Shown here: one piece after another, positions 38,789-51,366 of the stretch
Position numbering within the stretch: position 1 is the first letter of the stretch
How the letters are laid out: every line of letters begins with the position of its first letter
Notes under the pieces: model-generated
The model's input: the letters and a program-made list of their open reading frames with translations, nothing else
The model's database searches: none
Told to the model about the DNA's origin: nothing
Assembly: GCA_016748015.1 (NCBI GenBank)
Contig: JAAOMT010000283.1
Coordinates: 252,108-316,107 of the forward strand
DNA length: 64,000 nucleotides
From: Geosiphon pyriformis uo1
Lineage: Eukaryota; Fungi; Glomeromycota
Direction: 5' to 3'
Translations under genes and position numbers: made by a program

Positions 38789-40102
38789 ATGGATTTGGAC
38801 AACTACTCTGCCTTAATGGAATTTTTGGGTAAAAGACAATACCCACCAAAATACACACAACAACAAAGAGAACATTTGTGCAAACAATCAAATTTCTATT
38901 TGATTCGCCAGAACCAACTTTATAAAAGAAATAGAAAAGATCCTAACCACTCCCAGAGCATCATCAGATTTGAAGAAAGAGAAATTGTGATCTACAATAT
39001 GCATACTGATTCATTAGCTGGACACTTTGGAAAAACAAAAACAATTCAGAAAACTCTAGCTCATTATTATTGGCCTATCTTGAGAAAAAACATTGCTGAA
39101 TACATCAAAACCTGTGATATCTGCCAAAGAAGAAGAAAACCCAATTGCAAAGAAGATATCCATCCAATTTCTGTTGGTCAACCCTTTGACAGAATTGGTA
39201 TAGATGTTGTTGGACCTTTAACAATAACTCCTGATGACAACAGATACATTATCACAGCTACCAACTATCTTACAAAGTGAGTAGAAGCAAGAGCCATTCC
39301 AAACCAAACAGCAGTCTCAATAGCCAATTTCATTTATAAAGATATCATTTGTTACCATGGCTGCCCCAAAGAACTTTTATCTGACAGAGGAAAAGCTTTT
39401 CTCAGTACACTCATTAAAGAACTTTGCAGAAAAATGGGAATACGTCACAAACTTTCTTCTCCTTATTACCCCCAAACAAATGGCTTAGTGGAACATTTCA
39501 ATAGAACACTATGTGAAACCCTAGCCAAAACCAGCGAAGAAACAAACTTATGAGACAAAGTACTGCCTTTAGTCTTGTTTGCTTATAGAACTGTGAATCA
39601 TAACATAACAAGTTATGAACTCTTTTATTTACTCTATGGACGAATGGCAACTCTACCAATAGAAATTAACATTAAGACAATACTCTTTGAAAAAATAACA
39701 ATAGGAAATTACAAAGACATTTTGCAAAGAAAACTTGGTACTATTCTTGACTCATTAGTAGAAGCATGGATAATTGCCTTTGAAAAGATAAAACAATTTC
39801 AAGAGAAGCTTAAGAAAAAGAAAACATATAAAACACTTTTCTTAAGTGTTGGTAACTTAGTTTTAGAATACCATTCAGACAGAGACAATGTCTATGGTGA
39901 TAAATTCTCTAGCCAGTGGAAAGAACCCTTTATAGTCAACAAAGTTTTGAACAATGGTTCTTATATTTTACAAGATCAATATAGAACAATCTTTAATGAT
40001 TGTTCTGTTCATGGCACACGACTCAAGAAATATTACAAATAACCTGATTGGTTACCTGTTGTAGTAATACTGACCCAAATGATTAACAAAAATCAAATAT
40101 AA
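38789..40102 (+). pseudogene. A2 integrase, a separate ORF with its own ATG
   Basis: HTDSLAGH...CDIC (HHCC), IGIDVVGP, LSDRG, PQTNGLVE, W(K)EPF GPY/F-like motif; no chromodomain. Confidence 0.88.
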
Positions 40103-40143
40103 ATAAATGCACTATTCCCAAAACAGAGGTATCTTCAATCAAC

Positions 40144-40800
40144 ATGAACAATTATTTTCTAGATCAAAACATTCGAAACACTTTCTGTACTCTCCATGAG
40201 TACTGGATCAAAAATTATCCAAATGCTACTCTGACCATTGAAAAACAAACCACCATAACTGATAACAGTGGAACACATACTGTTATTAGACCAAAGAAAA
40301 CCACTACCAGAAGAGAAAGAATTGGTAGCAAAATGGATAAGTATTTGCTAAAAAGCATAACAGCAGCAATACTTACACCTTCCATGACAATTAGAAAAAT
40401 GATTAAGGAAATCTTGCCCATAGACAAAAACTTGTCATATAGAAAACAACTAGAACTCTATGATTGTCTTGGTAAAATCATAAAAGAAATGAAGCTCATG
40501 AAGAAAACAACTTTAGAAATACAAGTAGAAATTTTGGGCATTATATATTTAGATGTCCCAAGAGTTTTGACCATTGCAAGAAGAGCCAAAACTCTTATAC
40601 AAAGATTTGGTCTCTTGGATACAAAGCTTATTTTGCCTCAAGTACTATATACTCTATCCACAAAAGACTTCAACAAACTAGTTAGTTTTGAGTTAAACAA
40701 AACCCTTCAATTAGAATACCCTATAAATAGCTTGATTTTGCCGGAGCTTAATCTCTTTGGAAAGGATGATATTATGGTTGAAATCCATAATTTTTATTAA
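40144..40800 (+). CDS. A2 ORF3, unknown accessory protein (218 aa, still open), reading through the PPT into the 3' LTR
   Basis: Open frame starting with ATG; homologous frames in A1 (about 53733-54320) and A3 (about 60733-61390). Confidence 0.7.
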   Translation: MNNYFLDQNIRNTFCTLHEYWIKNYPNATLTIEKQTTITDNSGTHTVIRPKKTTTRRERIGSKMDKYLLKSITAAILTPSMTIRKMIKEILPIDKNLSYRKQLELYDCLGKIIKEMKLMKKTTLEIQVEILGIIYLDVPRVLTIARRAKTLIQRFGLLDTKLILPQVLYTLSTKDFNKLVSFELNKTLQLEYPINSLILPELNLFGKDDIMVEIHNFY

Positions 40801-42471
40801 TTATCATATGTATTAGCCACTGATGTCATATAATTAGCCACTCTATTTTTAGATAGTAATCATTAACCTGATCAATGACCTGACCATTGACCTGATCATT
40901 AACTTGATCAATGACCTAATCGTTGACCTGATCATTAACCTGATCATTGACCTAGTCATTGATCTGGTCGTTGACCACTTTCAATAGCTATATAAGCAAT
41001 AAGTCTCTTAGCTGTAGAAAATTATCTCTCAGACAAGAATCAAATAAATAAAAATAACAACTTTTATCTCAATCACTCTCTTATCGCTAATTTCTCTTTT
41101 CCTACTTTCAAGTATCTAAACATCTTTTGGATAAAAGATTACTTGTTGGCACTTTCCTGAAATGTGTAATTGCAGTATTTGAAGATTATTTGAATAAACA
41201 TGACTGAAGAGCACAAGTTGATACCTGATATTGAATTCTAAGAGCGCTGATATGAGGCATAGAATTATACCAGCAGTTATTAATTGTTGACAGTATAGAC
41301 TATCCCTCTACCTTCAGATTCTCCAGTTACCTTTGAAAAGAATAGTGACTGAGATATTTTATGAGATTGATCTCGCACATTGAATCCATACTCATTCAAT
41401 TTGCTCTTTAAAGTTGAATTCCCCTTTGATTATTTCCATCACCCTACAATCTTGTTCTCCCTTGCTATCTGTTAGCTTGTTACTTCAACCCGTAACAGCA
41501 GTATTACTGGAGGTTTTTGGTCTCTTTTTTTGGATGTTGTTAATATCTGTTGGTTGTAAATTCACGTTTTCTAGAAGTAGTTGAATCTCTAATAACTGAA
41601 TTTATCTTTAAGTTATCTTCTATAATTTGAACTACTGGGCTTATAAGTGAAATGGCCAATTCCTTGCCAGTTACTTTTATGTAGTTACATTTTAGTAAAC
41701 ATCAACTCTTTTTCAGGAATTGTTTATCTAGAAGCTCACAAAAAATGTGTAGTTACTTTGCTGTGAAAGTCAACTCTTTTACAGGAATCTCATCTGTAAA
41801 CTACCCTAATAATTGTAATAAAAAAATAAAAGAAAAATAAAAGAAATGTAAAAGAAATGGGATTTTATTAAGAGAAACGTTTTCTATCCAGGCTTGGAGT
41901 CACTAACAGTTTATTGAAATTGGTAGCTAATTAATTTCAAAACATTAGTTGTGTTAAGAAAATTTCAAGTATAATAATTTCAGGATTTGGTTTTCGAATA
42001 TTTACTTTTTATTTGAATATGTAAAAGGTGATTTGTTTTAATTAAGATATCTAAAGTAAGATACTATGTTAAGATATTATGAGAAGATACATTTTCTTGA
42101 AGAGAGAAGCTCTTCTTTTATACAACTTGTTATAGTACTAGTCTTTGAACTTGCACTTTTCTTTTTGTTATAATTTGAGTGAACTAAAGATATATTTTAG
42201 TAAACTACAAGTTATTTCACTGAACTATTTGATTATTTTGGCCAATTTTCATTAATTTCGGCGAATTTTGACTATGTTAAATGGTTCAGAATATTGTGTA
42301 ATTTGATCATCTTAATTTTTAGAGTACAAATCAAATTATTGATTGAGTAATAATATTTAATAATTTGATTAAATAATAAATGATAATCGAAATAATAATG
42401 TATGCTAATTAATAATAGAAATTATGAAAGTAATTTTATGTTAATTAATAGCTAAAATTCTACTGATAACA

Positions 42472-43117
42472 TAATCTCCTTCTTAAGACTGAGCTCTATT
42501 AAAGTCCAAGCACTATCTGTAATGCTAAGATAGTGGTCCAAGATAATTGAAGTGATCTGGTCTGAAAATTGTTAAAATTTCAGTTCTGTGAGCTTTCCAA
42601 TGTATTGAATCTTCATTGAATGGAGTATTAAGTTTTGTAGGACATTTTCACAAGTGTTGAATAAATTATAGAGTCTAAATACTGCTCTAAGTTTGTAGTG
42701 AGTATTTGTTGGTCCAGCTGCTGTCTTGAATTCATTGTGAATTTGTTTTTGTATAGTCTCAAGAGTGATGTTGGTTGCTTCAAGTTCCAGTCTTCGTTCA
42801 TAAAGTGTTTTTCCAATATGAAAATATTTATATATAAGGGTATGTTCATTGTTCTGTTCATTGAGGAATAGTAGAAGTTTTTGTTGTATTGTGGCATTTG
42901 GTGGAATGTCAATAGGGGCAATTAAAAGGTTTTCTTTTAGTACTTGCTTCAAAAGTTTTGGTAACCTATTTTCAAAGTGATCTCTTGTCTTTCTTTTATA
43001 GAGGTGATAATTCTGAGAATTATTTACTATTGGGGCTGTGGTTTTTTTCTGAATGTAATTAATTTGACTTTCATTAATTGTTATGAATAAGTCAGGAAGT
43101 GTTTTCAAAGCTAACAT
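42472..43117 (-). pseudogene. B ORF3, unknown accessory protein (one CAA>TAA-type stop at 42572; frame continues ...TLIELSLKKEIM into the LTR)
   Basis: 181-aa ATG-started ORF plus in-frame continuation; same position as A ORF3 and shared motifs. Confidence 0.65.
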
Positions 43118-43314
43118 TAATTTTTGGAATATTTGTTGGATATTTCGAGAAATAATTATGATAAAAATAACTAACTAACTAAAAAAATAGTATAAGAAAA
43201 TTATTTTTGGGTGTGGAGGTTTTTATTTGTTTTTGGGTTTGAGTGTTTCTTGTAATTATTTACTATTTTTTTTTTGTTTTTATTAAAAAAAATTATTGTA
43301 AGAATATGTTGAAT

Positions 43315-44698
43315 TAAGTATTCAAGTTTGGTTGTTGTTCTATTATAATTATTAGTTCTAAATTTCGGGAAATATCTTCAGGATTAATTAAAGAGGAATG
43401 TGTACCAATTTGTGAAATTAATGGTTCAGGATTGTTTCTGGAATAATAGTGTTTCAATCTATCTCTATGTGTAACTTTTGCTAGTATTTTGTCATCAAGT
43501 CTTAACTTGTATGATCTATTGTCTAGAATTTCGTAAATATAAAATGGTCCATCCCATTTGTTTTCAAATTTTCCACTTTATTGTTTTTCAGCCTTAGTTC
43601 TGTGTAAGAGAACTTTATTTTCAACTTTAAATTTGTTAGTAATAGATGGTAATTTGTTGTTATGTCTTTCTTTTTGTTGAGCTTGAAAATGTTCAATATA
43701 AGTTGCTGCTATCCTTTTTTTTCCTTCCAGTGTACTAAGAATAGTATAGGCCCTTCTTTGGAGTGTTTCTTGAAAGTTTTCTTCATTGATTGGTTGCACT
43801 GAGTATGTTTCTACTGTGAAATTAATTGGTAGTATTGCTGTTCTTACATAAGTAAAATCAAATAGTGTGTGTTTTATAGTATCTTGTTTTAGTGTTTTGT
43901 ATGCTAATAACACTAATGGAATAAAGATATCCCATTTTTGCTCAAAATCTGTTGAGACTTTGGCTAAAAATTCACACAATGTTCTGTTGAAATGTTCTAC
44001 AAGTCTATTTGTTTGAGAGTGATAAGGTGATGATAAAGGTCTTTTGAGATTGAATTGTTCACAAATATTTTGTATTAAGTTGTTTACAAAATGTGTTCCT
44101 TGATCAGATAAAAGTTCAATTGGGCATCTATGTCTACAGATAATGTTTTCATAGATGAAATTTGCTATTGATTTTGCATCTGCTCTTTGGATAGCTCTAA
44201 CTTCAGGCCATTTGGTGAGATAATCTACTGCAACTGCAATATAATGATTTCCTTAGATTGTGATAGGTAGTGGTCCGACTAAATCAATTCCAACTCTGTT
44301 AAAAGGTTGTTCAACTTTGATTGGATTTAAAGGTTTTGTGGGACAAGTTCCTTCTTTTCTTTGACAATTATCACAAGATTCTACATATTGTTGAATGTTT
44401 TTTTGCATGTATGGCCAAAAATAATGTTCAAGAGTTTTTTGGATTGTTCTATTTCTTCCCAAGTGTGTTGAAGATAGATCTGTGTGCATGTTGTATAGAA
44501 TTGTTTTTTTTTATTCTCCTGTACTAATTTGAATAGTTGGTTTGGGTTTCTACAATTTTTGTAATAGATTTTGTTGTGGTATATAAAATATTGTTTGAAT
44601 TGGTGTTGTAACCAATGTTTTTCACTTGGAGACCAATCTTCTGGTATGGTAAGAGTCTCCAAATAGTTTTTAAGATTGTTGTAATTTCTGAGATTCAT
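43315..44698 (-). pseudogene. B integrase, a separate ORF starting at an ATGA overlap
   Basis: MNLRNY...HTDLSSTH...CDNC, VGIDLVGP, SDQGTHF, WDGPF. Confidence 0.85.
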
Positions 44699-47600
44699 TG
44701 TTGTTTTGTTGGTAGTGATAAGTTGTAGTGAAATTGTTGATAATGTTGATCTTGTCTTATTCTTGAGAGGCTATCAACATTGGTGTGTAGTTTTCCTGAT
44801 TTGTAGTATACAATATATTTGTAGTCTGCTAGAAAATTATTCCATTGAGACTGTTTGGCACTTTGTTCATTTTTCTTTTTATTGAGCTATTTGAGGCCAA
44901 TGTTGTCAATTATGATATTAAATTCTTTTCTATTCTTCAAGTATTATTGAAAGTGTTTAAGAGCCCAAATGATTGCAGCCATTTCTAATTCAATTGAGCC
45001 ATATTTGAGTTCTGTTGGTTTGAGTGTTCTACTAATATAAGCAATGACTTGTTCCTGGCCATTTTCATCCAATTGTGACAAGATAACACCAAAAGCTATG
45101 TGTAAAGCATCAGTGGCTAGTTGGAACCATTTGTTAAAGTCTGGGTAAGCAAGAACTGGGGCTGTTGTCAATCTTGTTTTGAGGGTTTCAAAAGCTTTTT
45201 GTTGTTCTTCTGTTCATTTGTATGGCATATTTTTGTTGATGAGATAATTGAGTAGTTTGGCAATTTCTAAGAATCTTTTAATGAATTTCTGATAGTAGGA
45301 GGCTAATCTTACAAATTTTTGTAGCTCTGTGGTATTTTTAAGAGTTTGGAAGTTTTTGACAGTACTGATTGTTCCAGGGTTTGGTTTGACTCCATCTTTG
45401 CTTATAATGTGTTCAAGAAAAATTAAGCTTGTTTTTCCAAAGTAACATTTCTCAATGTTTAACTTTAATCCTGCTTTCCATAATCATTGAAAAACTTCTT
45501 ACAGGTGAATAAGGTGGGCTTCAAAGCTTGGTGAGTATACATTAGTGTTATCAAGATAGACAACTACTGATTGTCACAAGAGCCCTTCATATACAACATC
45601 CATGAGTTGCTGAAATGTTGCTAATGTATTGCAGAGTTCAAAAAGCATAATATTGAACTCATAGTTTTCTTCTTGGGTAGTAAATGCTGTTTTGGGTCGG
45701 TCTTTTGGGTCTATTTCGACTTGTCAATATTCACTTTTCAAGTCTAAAGTTAAGAAGAACTTGGCTTTTTCTAGAGCATCTAGCATGTCATTAATTCTTG
45801 GAAGAGAATAGGCATCTCCAATTGTCATACTGTTCAATTGGCAATAGTCAACACAAAATCTGATTTTTCTATTTTTTTTTTTGATAAGAACTACTGGTGA
45901 GGCCCAAGGACTTCTTGATGATTGAATCAATCCGTTATTGAGCATTTTCTGGACTTCTTCTCTGATGAATTGGTGGCTAGCAGGTGGCACTCTATAAGCT
46001 TGCTGACATTTTGGTAGAATATCTTCTGTATGGATTTGATGTTGAACAATATTAGTTTTTCCCAGGTCATTGTTGTTTTTTGCAAATATATCTGCAAATT
46101 CAGCTATTAATTGTTTCAATTGTCTTTGTTGTTGAGATTTTAAGAGACTCATGTTGATTCAAGAGAGTTTTTCTTCCAAAAGGTGGTAGTTTTCAGTAGT
46201 AGGAATAATATTTGAATTTGAGAATAGAGTGTGCTTTACAATTTTGATGAAATTAGAAACAATTTGAGGACTTTCATCTTGAAAAATATTACTGTATATA
46301 ATTCTAATCTCTAATTTGTTCATAAGACAATAGGGTAATTATTGGGGTTGTAGAATGTGATTCGAAATTTTTTTATTCCTTTGGGAATATAAATGTTTGG
46401 AATTGAAATTTTATGCTTTAAACAAATTTGTTCATTGGATTCAAAGATTTGTTGGGTAGTGGTGGGTTTTAAGCAAGTATAAATTTCGTGATGTTCTCCA
46501 AAAGGTGAAATGGTAATTGATTGAGGAAGTTGAAGAATCTGGTAAGATTCATTCTGTGTATTAAGAGCTATGTTTACTGGCACTGTAAATCGTCCAGTTG
46601 AACCAAAACCTTGCATTCTTCTTTCACTTTTTCCCAATTGTTCTCTGTTATTAACTGATTGTAGACCTAAAATATTAATTAAGGATAGGTAAATTGCTTG
46701 GGCAATCTTAAATGGTTTGTCTGTTTCATTTTGCAACATAATAGTAATGTCTCCAGTATATCCTGCATCTATAATTTTTTCTCTAATATTGATTCTTTTG
46801 CTTGCCAATAATGATCTGGATGCAATTTGAACCATTGCTCCTGGTGGTATTTCAAGAGCAATTCTGAGGTTAATTTTGGTTAAGAATTTTGGTTGAAGAA
46901 CCAAAGTATCTTTGCCAGGATATTTTAGGTCATATTCTGCATCAATTTTGTAAGCTTTTTCTGGTTTATCCCTTTTCCATTGTTGTCAAAGTATTTGAGT
47001 TGTATAGCAGGCTGGTTTTCAATAAGATAGATTGGTGTGGTTGCAGTTTTTTCTTTTGTTTCTGGTTTTCCAAATTCAATTTCTTTCTGGTTATTTTCAC
47101 TGGGCAGAGGAATGCTAAGAGCATAGCATTCTGGACACTATTTGTCATCACAAGGCATGATGTATTCTTTACACAATTGAATGTTCATTTGCTCTAATTG
47201 TTGAATTTGAGCTTCTTGGGTTGGATATGTGTGGCTTGCAATTTGGTGGTATGTCTCTACTTCATCTTCATAGTTGAATCCAGCTAATTCCATTGTATAC
47301 TCAATGTATTCAGCTTCTTTCATTTGGCAGACATCTTTTTGTGTGGCTCCATTGATTAATGCTATTGCTAAGTCAAAAATCATTTTAGCATCATAAGAAT
47401 AGTAATAGAGTTTATTGAGAGCACTGTTGTATACTGCATTAAATGGTGTTTTTCTTCTGACTTTTTCCGAAATTGATAGAGCATATTGACAGGTTTGATC
47501 ACATATTTTTCCTCTCATTGTAACATCAATCCAGTTGTATTCTTCTGGTAGTATATCTCTACATGTAAGGCAAGGTGTGTTGTCCCATTTTTCACTTCTT

Positions 47601-50344
47601 TTTGAAGATCCAAATCGTTCTCTATGGCATGTTTTACAGAAGTAGCAGGTGCGAGTTTCATATTCCTCTTCTGGAGAAATACAGGCTCCCATAAATAAAA
47701 GCTTTTTTTTGCAATCTTTGCATTTTAGTGGAATGTATGATGGTTTTTTTCGTGGTTCTGGTATAGAATATCTAACTTTCTTCCATCCTCTTGATTCTTC
47801 AAAAATTTCTTGTTCTGTTTTCTCAGTCCAATTGGATGTTGATCCAAGAGCCATATAGGTTTTAGTAAGTGGCATTTCTTTCTCCTCTTCAAATTCAAAT
47901 ACTGGGGCTTTTTCTAATCATTTGTTGAAAGTACCACAAGTAGCAGGTACTATAGTGTGTTGTCCTTGATATAAGATTTTTAGTTTCTGAGTTTCTCAGT
48001 CTAAGTTTGCATTGGCCTTAAGAAGCCAATCATTTCCAACCAGAGCTTGGTATTAGAGTGCATCCATAACTAAAACTTTGACTGGAATGGTGATTCCATT
48101 AATGGTAAATGAGAAATTATCAATTTCTTCTACTGGTGTCTTTTTCATACCATCTGCTATAACAATTACAGTTTGGGCTGGTCTGTTAACAGTTCTTTGA
48201 AGCTGTTGCATTAACTGGTAGGTAATAATACTTTCAGCTAATTCATTGTCTAAAATTAATCAGATGAGTTTTCCTTCTACTATAGCTTTAGTGTACATGA
48301 CAGTGATAGCTTTTTGTTTATTAGCTGCTGCATTACTAAGCAAAAATGGTGATTTATTTGCTTCAAATTCGAATGGGAATATATCTGAAAGGTTGGCATT
48401 TTGGGCAATTTGAGCTGATAGAATGATATTGTTGAAAAAATTTGATTTTGGTGCTATAACTTCACTTTCAAAAAGTGCAGGTTGTTGAAAATCCGATTTT
48501 TCAGGCATTGTAAAATAACTGGGTTGAGTGTGATAGTGATTGAGTCTTTGCTGACCAGAATTTCGGGAAACTAACTGGTTATTTGGATTGATTTTGTTGT
48601 TGTTATTCTGAGATTAATTTTGGGGTGTAAATGGATTATGTTGAACCAATCTTTTGGCTAGTACTTAATATTGTTGAGTGGGTGGAGTTTGATATTGCTG
48701 AATTGGTAAAGGTTGCTGATATTGTTGCTGCATTAGTTGTAGAACTAGTTAATAGTAACTGTTTTGATTTTGTGGTCTTGGTGAATAATAAGTTGGTAGT
48801 GAAGATTGGTAATAAGTTTGTTGTGGTGAAGAGTAATATTGATTACTCCTGTTTTGTTGGTCTCTTTGCAATTTTCTGCAATCTTGTTTTCAGTGTTCTG
48901 GAATTTCACAATAATGACAATTTTAAGGTTGGTTGTTGAATAGTAATCCAAAGTTGTTTTGGTTGCATTGTTGTGGTGGTTAATATTTTTGTGGTTGCTG
49001 CTGCTGTTGTTGGTTTGTAAAGTAGTTTTCAACCTTCTTTGTAAGTTGGTCTATCTTCTCTTCAGCTGCTAAGCTGGTTTTTCTAATAGCTAGGTTTACA
49101 AGTTTGGTGTGGTTTGCTTTTTTCATTGCCATTTTATAGTTCTTTGCATGTCTAATGGCAGTTGTTAAGTCTGTTGGTATATGTGGATGAACTTTCTTAA
49201 TCAATTTGTCTTTTAATCCTGCTATAAACTGATCTAGAATCTGAGCATTGGAATAGTATTCATTGGTTTCTAATTGTTGAATTCATCGAAGAAGTTTGTT
49301 GAATCTCTCAAGATAGGTTATAACAGTTTCAGATGTTTCTTGTTTAATATTGCAAAAGCAATTGCAGAGAGTAATAGAGATGTTATTATTAGTAAATTGT
49401 TATAAGAAAGCATCTTTAAATGTTTGTCAGTTGTTAAATAGTTTTTTTAAGTTTTCAAACCATTTTCCTGCAGTTCCTTGAAGAAAGTATGGAATTGCTT
49501 TGAGCATTCTTGCTGCAATCCAACCATTTGCATCTTCTGCTTTTTGAATTTTGTCAAGCCATTCTTGAGGACTGGTGTTATTGTTTTTATCAGTGAATTC
49601 TGAAATTTTTGCAATATAAGCAGTTGTCATTTCTTTTTTGTTCTTCATAATTTCTTCTGGTTCTGATTCAGTTTCTTCACTTTCTAAGTTTTTTGAATGA
49701 TTACTTTTGTTTTCCTGTAAGTAATCAATGATATTAGCACTGGTTGATATTGGTTCTTGCTGTTGAGTAGGATTTCTAAGTGACTAAAAGTCTTCTGGTC
49801 TGGAGAAATAGTTAAGTAGTGAATTTGGTGTTTGTAATCAAGCAAATAAAATTGAAAATGGTGTAATAGAAAATGGTAATTTGATACTGGTTCCTTGTTC
49901 AGGTGTTTGCAAGTGTTTGGCAGTTGTCTTTGGTAGTATTGGAGTGTTTGGGGTGGTTCTTGAGTATTGTTTCACTTTTTGTTTGTCTTTGTTGCTTGTT
50001 TCTGTTTCTAATTTAAAGTTAAAAAAGTATTTGGACTGCACTAGGTATTTTTCTTCACAATACTCAATAATGTTAAAATTAAGTTCTTAAAAATAGGTAG
50101 CAAGTGTTTTACTGTTCAGGTCTTCTGTTCCCAATTGTGAATAGTGCACTAAATTATTGTAGAGATTGCTTCTAACTTTTGAAATGTTGTAGTTTCCAAA
50201 AAGATAATTGTTGATGCAGTTTTTAATATATTGGTATACTGATTTCTTGACAACTTCAATTCCGTCTGGGATGTTGAATTTTTGCTTGCAGTGGGTGTAA
50301 ATTGACTGATAATACTCTAAAGTTGCTGTGTCTGGTGTGATCAC
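44695..50344 (-). pseudogene. B gag-pol: gag, protease, Cys-rich domain, dUTPase, RT, RNase H
   Basis: SPQEWLDK..ANGW (gag); LILDN(S) protease remnant about 48260; CKDC/CKTC/CLTC/CDQTC; dUTPase motifs; SPWASPVVL, FCVDY, VYLDN; LATDAL, ELEMAAI, NVDSLSR. Confidence 0.88.
46590..46960 (-). pseudogene. dut: dUTPase domain within B pol
   Basis: All five trimeric dUTPase motifs recognisable: DAEYDL, ASRSLLA, IIDAGYTGDI, IAQAI, ERRMQGFGSTG. Confidence 0.9.
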
Positions 50345-51366
50345 TACTTTGAATTTGTTGTTGCTGTGTTATTTCCACAGAAGAGCACCAAATGTTACTG
50401 GAGGTTTTTGGTTTCTTTTTTTGGATGTTTTTAATGTCTGTTGGTTGCAAATTCACGTTTTCTAGAAGTAGTTGAACCTCCAATAACTGAATTTATTTTC
50501 AAATTATCTCCTATAATTTGAACTACTGGGCTTATAAGTGAAATGGCCAATTTCTTACCAGTTACTTTTATGTAGTTATGTTGTGATAAATATCAACTCT
50601 TTCTCAGAAATTGCTTGTCTAGAAGCTCACTAAAAATGTGTAGTTACTTTGCTGTGAAAGTCAACTCTTCTACAGGAATCTTGTCTGTAGACTACCCTAA
50701 TAATTATAATAAGAAAAGAAAAAAAAAATAAAAGAAATATAAAAAAAATAGGATTTTATCAAGAGAAACGTTTTCTATTTAGGCCTGGAGTCACTAACAG
50801 TTTATTGAAATTGGTAGTTAATCAATTTCAAAACATTAGTTGTGTTAAGAGAATTTCAAGTATAATAATTTCAGAATTTGGTTTTCAAATATTTAATTTT
50901 TATTTGAATGTGTAAAAAATAATTTGTTTCAATTAAGATATCTAAAGTAAGATACTATGTTAAGATACTATGAGAAGATACATTTTTTTGAAGAGAAAAG
51001 TTCTTTTTTTATACAACTTGTTATAGTACTAGTCTTTGAACTTGCACTTTTCTCTTTGCTATAATTTGGGTGAACTAAAGATACATTTTAGCAAACTACA
51101 AGTTATTTTACTGAACTATTTGATTATTTTGGCCAATTTTCATTAATTTCGGCGAATTTTGACTATGTTAAATGGTTTAAGATATTGTGTAATTTGATCA
51201 TCTTAATTTCTAGAGTACAAATCGGATTATTGATTGAGTAATGATATTTAATAATTTGATTAAATAATAAGTAATAATCGAAATAATAATGTATGCTAAT
51301 TAATAATAGGAATTATGAAAGTAATTTCATGCTAATTAATAGCTAAAATTCTACTGGTAACAGCAG

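Larger units (their letters stand above)
33698..41497 (+). mobile_element. Gypsy family A copy A2, complete, nested in A1 RT
   Basis: LTRs 33698-34437 and 40770-41497, GCAG target-site duplication (33694-33697 and 41498-41501), PBS 34444-34460, PPT ttggaaaggatga. Confidence 0.95.
41502..51362 (-). mobile_element. Gypsy family B element with dUTPase, complete, reverse orientation, nested in A1 RT
   Basis: 970-bp LTRs 41502-42471 (3') and 50393-51362 (5'), GCAG target-site duplication (41498-41501 and 51363-51366), PBS TGGTGCTCTTCTGTGG (50390-50375), PPT aagaaggagatta (42484-42472). Confidence 0.95.

Noticed and set aside
39900-40102. Chromodomain at the integrase C-terminus
   Set aside because: IN ends shortly after the GPY/F-type motif with no aromatic-cage chromodomain pattern; same in B.
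40144-40800. ORF3 as a retroviral env
   Set aside because: Too short, with no signal peptide, furin site/fusion peptide or transmembrane helix.
50256-50483. ORF crossing the B LTR and PBS as a leader peptide gene
   Set aside because: Non-ATG start, single copy, no recognisable features; likely a chance frame.
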